From positions 37,319 through 101,318 of the forward strand of contig JAUNDT010000003.1 of NCBI GenBank assembly GCA_030525945.1: DNA of 64,000 bases. Direction: 5' to 3'. The notes under the pieces are model-generated. The model saw only the letters and a list, made by a program, of their open reading frames with translations. It had not been told where the DNA came from and searched no databases. Below are positions 28,411 to 35,764 of this stretch, piece by piece. Within the stretch, counting starts at the first letter, position 1; each line of letters starts with the position of its first letter. The position numbers were made by a program, and so were the translations under genes. The DNA is from Coriobacteriaceae bacterium. GTDB taxonomy: Bacteria > Actinomycetota > Coriobacteriia > Coriobacteriales > Coriobacteriaceae.

Positions 28411-28693
28411 TTTGGCCATTTGGGCACACCCTTCGTCCTGAAAAGCGAACCACCCCCGCATTGGGGCTGGTTCGGGGCCTCGTAGAAAAAACCTCCCCTA
28501 TATTGGGGGTGGTTTCGGGGCCTTAAAGCGCGAAGACGCCTGTTGGCAAAAGCGCCGACAGGCGTTTTAACGGCGGCGGTCGGGAGTGAGCGCTCCATAT
28601 AAGGCAAAACCTCCCCCAATATAGGGCAGGTTTCTTTTCGGACCCCGAAAACCTCCCCCAATGAAGGGGTAGTTTTCGCTATCGGGAATCCGG
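28411..28693 (+). repeat. 283-bp mosaic palindromic repeat (BIME-like), left copy
   Basis: Four aaaacctcccc...ggggtggttt-type hairpins around a central acgcctgttggc...gccgacaggcgt hairpin; direct copy at 35298. Confidence 0.92.
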
Positions 28694-28778
28694 GAAGACC
28701 GCTCGCCGAAGAATTCTTGCATACATAACATAGCGTTCTATATTTAGTACGAAGTATTCAATGGCATGGATGGTGACA

Positions 28779-30026
28779 ATGCGGCTCGCCTCTCACATCG
28801 TGCGATTCAGCTTGCGGGGGATCCCCGTGGTCGGCAACACGGCTTCGGGCGCCCTGGTGGGCCTTACGCCGGAAGGCGCCGCGCTGTGCGACGCCATGAT
28901 GGAGCGTGAGGTCACTCAAAACGAGGTCCCCGCACGCTGCGAGGAGCTCGTGGCGTATCTTGCAGACCATGGGTTCACGGACGAACTCGAGCCGGATGCG
29001 CGCGTTCGCCTTGCGTCCGCATATCTGCATGTGACGAACGCCTGCAACCTCTCGTGCGTTGGGTGCTACTCTGCAGACTGCAACCGCAATCGAGCTGGCG
29101 ATCCATCGTTTGGTCAGCTTTCCCGCGCCATTGACGTGCTTGCCGAACTTGGCGTGAGCAAGTTGGTTATATCTGGCGGAGAGCCCTTTCTTCGCTCGGA
29201 TCTGCCCGATATCGCGTGCCATGCGCGTGCTGCGGGCATGAACTGCGTGACTATTCTCACGAACGGCACGCGATGCGATGACGGCGTCCTTTCGCGCCTG
29301 CAGGGCAATGTAGACGTCATCTCGGTCTCTTTTGACGGGGTGTCCCGGCAAAGTCCCGCCCACGTTCGTTCCGAGCAGCTGTTCGATGTGCTCGTCGACA
29401 CGGTCGGGCGCATTCAGGCAGCTGACATCCATGCCCATATTCTGCCCACGCTGCACGCTCGGAATATCGATGACGTCCCCGCCTATCTCGATCTTGCGGA
29501 CGCGTTGGGCTGCACTGTTGGGTTCAGTCTGCTGAGCGGGTCGAGCACCGACCTCGGTGATTTGATGCCGAGGGAGGCGTGCTTGGCGGAACTTGCGAGC
29601 ATCATGTTCAAGGCAGCATCGGAGGGCGGGTCGGCGAGTTTGAACGATGCCTTTAATCCCGCGGGCGCGCTGAGCGTTTGCGCCGTTTGCGGAGCCGCCC
29701 GTTCCTCGGTGAGTGTGGCCTCGGATGGTGTTGTGTATCCCTGCCACATGCTTCATAAGCCGGAGCTCGCGTTGGGCAATGCGTTCGAGGACGATGCATC
29801 TGCCATTGCTGAGCGCATCTCCCTGTGCGAGCTGCCGCTGGTCGATGAGATCAAGGGCTGCTCGCAATGCGAAAACCGATATCTATGCGGAGGAGGTTGC
29901 AGGGCTCGAGCGCTCGACGAGTGCGGCAGCATGGCTGAACGCGACCCATATTGCACGTACTACCGTCATGCGATCGACCGCACTGTTGAGGCGTTTATAA
30001 GGGGAGGCCAGAGAGGGGAGGGGTAA
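28779..30026 (+). CDS. Radical SAM/SPASM protein with an N-terminal RRE/PqqD-like segment (putative peptide maturase)
   Basis: CNLSCVGC, SGGEPF, CAVCGA...DGVVYPC and CSQCENRYLCGGGC...DPYC. An alternative start lies at 28761. Confidence 0.85.
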   Translation: MRLASHIVRFSLRGIPVVGNTASGALVGLTPEGAALCDAMMEREVTQNEVPARCEELVAYLADHGFTDELEPDARVRLASAYLHVTNACNLSCVGCYSADCNRNRAGDPSFGQLSRAIDVLAELGVSKLVISGGEPFLRSDLPDIACHARAAGMNCVTILTNGTRCDDGVLSRLQGNVDVISVSFDGVSRQSPAHVRSEQLFDVLVDTVGRIQAADIHAHILPTLHARNIDDVPAYLDLADALGCTVGFSLLSGSSTDLGDLMPREACLAELASIMFKAASEGGSASLNDAFNPAGALSVCAVCGAARSSVSVASDGVVYPCHMLHKPELALGNAFEDDASAIAERISLCELPLVDEIKGCSQCENRYLCGGGCRARALDECGSMAERDPYCTYYRHAIDRTVEAFIRGGQRGEG

Positions 30027-30122
30027 GATGTTGTTCGTTGTTGAGATTAAGGCTGACAGCTTATCGGGCTGCTTGGATATTCTTGGTGTCCGAATTGGAG
30101 CATAAGAGTGACGGGGGGTCAC

Positions 30123-30608
30123 ATGGACCGATTATCTGAGAAAAGAATGGTGGCTTTGCTTAGGCTGCTCAATCTGGTTTTCGTGGCAGTTGTTTGCTTT
30201 TTGATATTTGAATTGACCTCTGGGGTTATTGCCCTTTTGGGAGTCGGGGCCAACAGCGACATGGCGCCCTTTGTGGCCAATAAGATTGTGGATGGGGCGC
30301 TTGCCGCAATTCCGCTCTTGGTTTTTGCTCGGTTTGTTCGTTCCGTGACTCGTCGCAAGGAGTTTTTCTCTCGGGTTCAGAGCAGGCGAGTGCTGACAAT
30401 CGCTATCTGCCTTGGCGCGCGCGTCGCTCTTGGCCTGTTCACCCCGTCAATCGAGGTCCCGGCCCTGCTCGAGGGGGCGATCGGCGCTGAGTCGCTCGGG
30501 CCGTCGTTAAACCTCACGTCGCTCGCAATCGCGCTCATGTTCTTTGCGCTAGCTGGTGTTTTTGAGTACGGTAGGAAACTGCAGGAAGATTCCGATAACA
30601 TCCTGTGA
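30123..30608 (+). CDS. DUF2975-like membrane protein
   Basis: Four hydrophobic segments ending in GVFEYGRKLQEDSDNIL, directly upstream of a small XRE gene (the typical pairing). Confidence 0.7.
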   Translation: MDRLSEKRMVALLRLLNLVFVAVVCFLIFELTSGVIALLGVGANSDMAPFVANKIVDGALAAIPLLVFARFVRSVTRRKEFFSRVQSRRVLTIAICLGARVALGLFTPSIEVPALLEGAIGAESLGPSLNLTSLAIALMFFALAGVFEYGRKLQEDSDNIL

Positions 30609-30643
30609 CATCCATGTAAAACGTTTAGAGGGAGGACAGCCGA

Positions 30644-30889
30644 ATGCCCATTGTCATGCGACTCGACCGCGTTATGGCAGATCGGAAGATGTCCTCCCTC
30701 GAACTTGCCGAGAAGGTCGGCATCTCGCCCGTCAACATCTCCCGCATCAAGACCGGCCGCCTCAAGGGCATCCGCTTCTCCACGCTCGAGGCGATGTGCG
30801 AGGCGCTCCACTGCAAGCCCGGCGACATTATCGACTGGATGGACGACGAGGAGTACATCGAGGCGTTCGGGTCGCTGCCTGAGGCGTAG
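30644..30889 (+). CDS. XRE/Cro-family HTH regulator
   Basis: MPIVMRLDRVMADRKMSSLELAEKVGIS..NISRIKTG...IRFSTLEAMCEAL.CKPGDI. Confidence 0.88.
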   Translation: MPIVMRLDRVMADRKMSSLELAEKVGISPVNISRIKTGRLKGIRFSTLEAMCEALHCKPGDIIDWMDDEEYIEAFGSLPEA

Positions 30890-31014
30890 CGAGGCTGCGA
30901 ACCCGCAGTAATCCGCCTGTCGCTTGAAACATACCGCTCATGGAAAATTAAATATACAATATAAAATATTATTTAAAATACGAATAAAGCAGGGAAGGGA
31001 TTAAGGAGGTTCCC

Positions 31015-31407
31015 TTGAAAGTGTTTAAGACTTTCAAGGCCAAGGCTGTTTTGCTTAGCCTGCTTGTCGTCATGGCATGCGGGTTCAGCGGGGCGGCTTA
31101 CGCGACTTCTCATAGCTTCGGCTATACGCTTCCTGGTTTCCAGGAGAACGTTACGGTTCAGGCCGGATCTCGTGCGAGCGGTTCTCCCTCTGCTGGCGTA
31201 TCCGTTAGCAGCGGCGGACCTCGTAAGCTCTGGCTCTGGTGCGATGCACCCAGCATCGGGACGCGTCTCACCAACTCTGTTCTGGTCACGAGCAACAGCT
31301 ACTACACCCTGTCGTACTATAACCGCAACGCCGGCAGTGTATACCTGCGCGGTTGTACGGATGGTTGGCAGGAGCCCAATTACATCAGCGGGCGTGTGAC
31401 CTTCTAG
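31015..31407 (+). CDS. Small secreted protein (Sec signal; bacteriocin-like cassette gene)
   Basis: TTG start after aaggaggt and an AT-rich promoter region; signal peptide ending AYA; ~100-aa mature part rich in S/G/Y with 2 Cys. Confidence 0.65.
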   Translation: MKVFKTFKAKAVLLSLLVVMACGFSGAAYATSHSFGYTLPGFQENVTVQAGSRASGSPSAGVSVSSGGPRKLWLWCDAPSIGTRLTNSVLVTSNSYYTLSYYNRNAGSVYLRGCTDGWQEPNYISGRVTF

Positions 31408-31514
31408 GTTTCTCACTCGCTGGTCTAGCGAGCCAATCTCTTCCCTGCTCCAATCGTTTACTTCGTTTATCTGATAATGGAACTCCCAAATTATGAATGC
31501 GCGGGAGGTGCAGA

Positions 31515-32360
31515 ATGTCCACGGTGGCCCTTATCCGAGTGTTTTTTATCCGCGCGTTCAGAAGAACGGAATGCAAGATCGCCATTACGGCAACCGCGCT
31601 GTGCTGCCTTATTGCTTTTACGGAGACGTGCCTAAGGTTTTACGGCGCTGATGTGGGCGAGCTTCCATCGGCGGCATACGCTTGGGCATGGAATATGGAT
31701 GCCATGCAGGTGAATGCCTCTCGTGTGTATCTGTTCTTTGTCATGCCGGTTGCAGGCGCAATGGTTTTTTCAGATACCGCACGCTGTGATTTGAAGTCCG
31801 GGTGCACGTGCCTGCTTGCATCTCGAACTTCAATCGCACGTTGTATCTGCGCTTACGGTTTCATGAGTTTTGCCGGGGCGTTTTTGTTGACGCTTGTCGC
31901 CTTGGCGCTCCTGCAGCTTCTCGCTTTCGTTGCGTTTCCCCTCAGTGGTACATTCGAAGGTTATCTGGGCATGCCCATGTATTTGGACCTGCGTACGACG
32001 GGTGGCTTGCTTGTTGGACTGTGGGAGAGTCAGCCTTACATTTACAATTTGGTCTTTGCGTTTGCGGCGGCGACATGGGCGGGAGGTTCGGCTCTCTTGT
32101 CATTCGCTTTGGGTTTGTTCATGAGGCGCAACAAGGCTGCCCTGGTGCTTCCCGCCGCAATATCGCTTGCTGCATTTGTTATACTCCCGCTCATCGCCCC
32201 TGGTTCAGTTGAATATCTTCACTTTGCCGCGGTCTATCCTGAGGTGAACGATCAAGCATTGAGTTTGGCTCGTTTTGTGCTGACCCCCTGCGTCTGCTTG
32301 ATTCCAGCGCTTTGCCTAATGTGTTTGGCATGCGCGCGCGGGAGGGATTTGCTGTTATGA
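31515..32360 (+). CDS. ABC-2-type permease-like membrane protein
   Basis: About six TM segments; ggaggt RBS; translationally coupled to the next gene. Confidence 0.65.
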   Translation: MSTVALIRVFFIRAFRRTECKIAITATALCCLIAFTETCLRFYGADVGELPSAAYAWAWNMDAMQVNASRVYLFFVMPVAGAMVFSDTARCDLKSGCTCLLASRTSIARCICAYGFMSFAGAFLLTLVALALLQLLAFVAFPLSGTFEGYLGMPMYLDLRTTGGLLVGLWESQPYIYNLVFAFAAATWAGGSALLSFALGLFMRRNKAALVLPAAISLAAFVILPLIAPGSVEYLHFAAVYPEVNDQALSLARFVLTPCVCLIPALCLMCLACARGRDLLL

Positions 32361-33079
32361 CATCGTGGCTGTACATTCATCTTAAGCGCAACAAGCAGCT
32401 GTGGTTGGCTATTGCCGTGCTTTTGGGGTGTCGTGTGTTGCAGGCCATCGCACTGGGGAGGTCCCGCGTTGGCCCCGACGCGCTTTTTGCCTCATACGTT
32501 TCCATCAATGCTGTGGATTTCGCAGCGTTCCTGTTCATCCCTTTGTTTTGTATGGGTCAGATGAGGGGGCTGCGGCTGTACGCCTCACCGCAGGGCGCCC
32601 TCTTTTTGGGTAGCCGCAATCGGGTGACACTCCGCGTGGTAGCAGACTGTCTGTCCAGTGGATTGCTTGCGGCGCTGCTATTGCAAATATCTTCCTTTTG
32701 CGTGCTGGCGAGCCATTTTGGGGTGAGTGCCTCATGGGGCTTGATTCGCCCGCTTGACACTATTCTGCAGGGCATTGTTTTGGGAAATGCTGGACTCGTG
32801 AGCTTCGCTGCCATGATCGTATTTCATTCGTCGGCATTTTCCTGCTTGTTGGGCATTCTGTATGGAATGTGGGATTTCATGGCGATGAACATTGTAGGCG
32901 GGGGTGTGCCTTCAATCGGATGGAGCTTGGCAATTGCTCCGATTGATGCCGATTTTGGTTTTCTCTTCCTAAGGGCGGCGACTTTAGTGTCCGTTGCACT
33001 TGTATTAGGCGTCGCATCATGGCTTGCGATCGATAGGGCCGATTATCTTGATTTTGATAAAGGATCAAGCAAAGTTTAA
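32357..33079 (+). CDS. Second ABC-2-type permease-like membrane protein
   Basis: Hydrophobic; ATGA overlap with the previous gene; precedes an ABC ATPase. Confidence 0.62.
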   Translation: MTSWLYIHLKRNKQLWLAIAVLLGCRVLQAIALGRSRVGPDALFASYVSINAVDFAAFLFIPLFCMGQMRGLRLYASPQGALFLGSRNRVTLRVVADCLSSGLLAALLLQISSFCVLASHFGVSASWGLIRPLDTILQGIVLGNAGLVSFAAMIVFHSSAFSCLLGILYGMWDFMAMNIVGGGVPSIGWSLAIAPIDADFGFLFLRAATLVSVALVLGVASWLAIDRADYLDFDKGSSKV

Positions 33080-33089
33080 CGGTTTATGA

Positions 33090-33773
33090 GTGAAAGAGAC
33101 CGTGATGAATGAGCATAAAGACGGAACCGTATCGCGCGTCCCCGGCGTCATCGTTTCCGGTGTGTCAAAAACCATCAAGGGCAACCGTGTTCTGGATGGC
33201 ATCAATGCCGTGTTTCCTGCAGCTCGCATCAGCGGGATACGAGGGCATAACGGATCGGGAAAAACGATGCTTTTGCGAGCGATCGCCGGTCTAATCTCTG
33301 TGGATGAGGGATCGATTGAGGTGTTCGGACAAACGCTTGGCCGAGGCGGCTTTCCAAAGGGTCTTGGATATATGATCGAGCCGCTTGAACTCTGGGAAGA
33401 GTTCACAGGGTCCGAGATGCTGCTGATGCTTTCATCATTGCGGGAAAAGCCCGATCGGCATCGAGTCGACGATGTGCTCGTTCGAGTGGGGCTGAATCCA
33501 GATGATGTCCGCAGGATTAAAAGTTACAGCCTCGGCATGAGGCGGCGCTTGAATCTTGCTCAGGCGCTGATGGGCAACCCTTGCTTGCTTCTGCTCGATG
33601 AGCCCACCAACGCGCTGGATGAAAATGGCCAGGAGGCAATGAGCCGAGTGCTTATCGATGAGCGCAATCGCGGAACCACGATCATCGTGGTGTCTCACGA
33701 TCGAGAGGAGCTCGACAGGATTGCCGATATCCAGTTCATCATGAGCGAGGGCAGGCTGCGGGAGGTGCGGTGA
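33090..33773 (+). CDS. ABC transporter ATP-binding protein
   Basis: GHNGSGKT, YSLGMRRRL and LLLDEPTNALD. Confidence 0.92.
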   Translation: MKETVMNEHKDGTVSRVPGVIVSGVSKTIKGNRVLDGINAVFPAARISGIRGHNGSGKTMLLRAIAGLISVDEGSIEVFGQTLGRGGFPKGLGYMIEPLELWEEFTGSEMLLMLSSLREKPDRHRVDDVLVRVGLNPDDVRRIKSYSLGMRRRLNLAQALMGNPCLLLLDEPTNALDENGQEAMSRVLIDERNRGTTIIVVSHDREELDRIADIQFIMSEGRLREVR

Positions 33774-33774
33774 G

Positions 33775-34479
33775 ATGAAAGCAAGAATCCGTTTCCCGTG
33801 GTACTTGACCTGGGGCTTGATGCTCGTCGCCGCGCTCGGCGTGGGTCTCGTCACTCGTTTGAGCTACGCGGATGTTTCTGCTCATCCCGAGGAGCTTTAT
33901 GGCATGACGTATCAAGTGGCCCCTTTCTCAACGGAAGAATTTAATAGATACGCGGAGGGTGTGGGGGACCCCGGTACGAAGCGGGCCCTGATGGATGCAG
34001 AGGCTGTTGTGCGGGTGCGCAGAAAAGGACTGCCCGTGTATCGCTATAAGGCTTTTACGACAAATGTGCATATCGATGAAGTGCTGCGTGGTGACGAAGC
34101 GCTTGCGGGAACATCCATCAATGTGTATGAACCCGTTTCTATGAATAAGCGCGGGAGCGAAAAAGTCCTGACGGCAGCGGACGCGTACCAGTTTGGATCT
34201 GTTCCCATGCGAGATGATGACGAGTACATTTTGTTCCTCAATTCAGCCCCGAAAAACCGTGTGGTCGGCGATGCGTGGACGCTTGCGGTGTCTCCGTTTT
34301 CAAAACTCGTTGTGAACGGGAGCCCTAGATGTGTTGTTCATTCAGGTTTGGACGGAGGTCTGCGCAGGGCGGATTTGCTGGATGCGGACATGGTTGCTGA
34401 GAGCCGGGAAGACAGGGATGCGTATCTCAGGGAGTGCGCCGACGTTGTAAGGGGGCTTGGTATGAACGATGAGAATTGA
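33775..34479 (+). CDS. Membrane-anchored hypothetical protein
   Basis: One N-terminal TM helix; coupled to the ATPase gene. Confidence 0.6.
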   Translation: MKARIRFPWYLTWGLMLVAALGVGLVTRLSYADVSAHPEELYGMTYQVAPFSTEEFNRYAEGVGDPGTKRALMDAEAVVRVRRKGLPVYRYKAFTTNVHIDEVLRGDEALAGTSINVYEPVSMNKRGSEKVLTAADAYQFGSVPMRDDDEYILFLNSAPKNRVVGDAWTLAVSPFSKLVVNGSPRCVVHSGLDGGLRRADLLDADMVAESREDRDAYLRECADVVRGLGMNDEN

Positions 34480-34539
34480 CATCGGGAATGTGCGTTGCTT
34501 TGTTGAGATTGGTGACGATTGTCAGGTTGGGAGGATGCG

Positions 34540-35043
34540 ATGTCAGCACAGTACTGTCTGACGTATTCTCAGGATGAGCTGAGCATCCAAGATGAGAATC
34601 TTGGTCTGGCTTTGCGGGTCGAGAAGCGTGGCGCTTCCAAGGCTTTGGGCCAGTTGTTCACGCGTCGCTTTGTGGTGTTCGGCGTGGATGGCGAGCGCTT
34701 GTTTCAGGTAATCGATGGCAATTCCGGAACGCTTCCGCGTGCGTCATTGAAGTTTGACAAGTGCGAGGTGCTTGTTCTTACTGCCGGCGGTGGCCACTTT
34801 GCTGTGAACTGCCTGGTGAATGACAGCGACTACACATTCTCGGGCGATCCGTTTTCGGCGGAGTTCTCCGTTGTTATCGATGGGGAGGCGCTCTCGGACG
34901 TTTCTGTCAAGCGAGGCGGTGGTAAGGCGGAGTATCGGTTCGCGGTTTCCGATGACACCAAGGCGGTCCAGGTGCTCGCGGTTGTTTCGACGCTCGCCGT
35001 GTTCAGGGGCAGGATCATACCCTGCATTGAATCGGACGAGTAA
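34540..35043 (+). CDS. Hypothetical protein (beta-rich, possibly LURP-one/tubby-C-like)
   Basis: ggagg RBS; alternating beta-strand pattern; hydrophobic C-terminal helix AVQVLAVVSTL. Confidence 0.5.
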   Translation: MSAQYCLTYSQDELSIQDENLGLALRVEKRGASKALGQLFTRRFVVFGVDGERLFQVIDGNSGTLPRASLKFDKCEVLVLTAGGGHFAVNCLVNDSDYTFSGDPFSAEFSVVIDGEALSDVSVKRGGGKAEYRFAVSDDTKAVQVLAVVSTLAVFRGRIIPCIESDE

Positions 35044-35297
35044 GGGCAGGCGGCTTTTGCCGGAGTGATGACGAAGACGCTGCCGTAAAGGTCGGGCTCC
35101 TCGCGTTTGCGGGGAGCCCGACTGCGTTTACCGGGTCCCGCCGCGGGGCAAGTCAACCGCGTCCTCGAGCGGATCATTGCGCTCGCCGAGCTTGACTGGA
35201 TGGGGGAGGCCGCGTAAGTTCGACTTGAGGGCGATTCTAGGCCGAGGGACCTACACCACTTTCCGCGACGCTACCGTCCAAAAGAACGCTCGCTCAG

Positions 35298-35580
35298 TTT
35301 GGCCATTTGGGCGCGCTTCTCTCCCCAAAAAGCAAATCACCCCCGCATTGGGGCTGGTTCGGGGCCTCTGAGAAAAAACCTCCCCTATATTGGGGGTGGT
35401 TTCGGGTCCTTAAAGCGCGAAGACGCCTGTTGGCAAAAGCGCCGACAGGCGTTTTAATGGCGGCGGTCGGGAGTGAGCGCTCCATATAAGGCAAAACCTC
35501 CCCCAATATAGGGCAGGTTTCTTTTCGGACCCCGAAAACCTCCCCCAATGAAGGGGTGGTTTCCGCTACCGGGGATCCGG
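35298..35580 (+). repeat. 283-bp mosaic palindromic repeat (BIME-like), right copy
   Basis: Direct repeat of 28411-28693. Confidence 0.92.
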
Positions 35581-35764
35581 TCCTACTCGTCCGCCTCGTA
35601 GAGCAGCTCGTGCCCGTCATTAACGGCTGGCTGCTATGGAGGGCTTCGCGGCGCCTAACGTGCGCCTAGCGTGCATTCATGCAGAATGTACGCTCCCTTG
35701 CGATTTAAGACGGGCCCACTGGGTTGCTCCAGCGGGCCCTTTGCATGCGCAGGTTGCCAGTTTG

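Noticed and set aside
28296-28661. Duplicated minus-strand ORFs (also 35294-35620) as transposase fragments
   Set aside because: Their similarity is fully explained by the DNA repeat; they have no DDE, HUH or tyrosine-recombinase motif.
28190-28693. Possible CRISPR array (26-bp tandem units; hairpin units of the 283-bp element)
   Set aside because: No unique spacers of regular length between identical repeats, and no cas genes.
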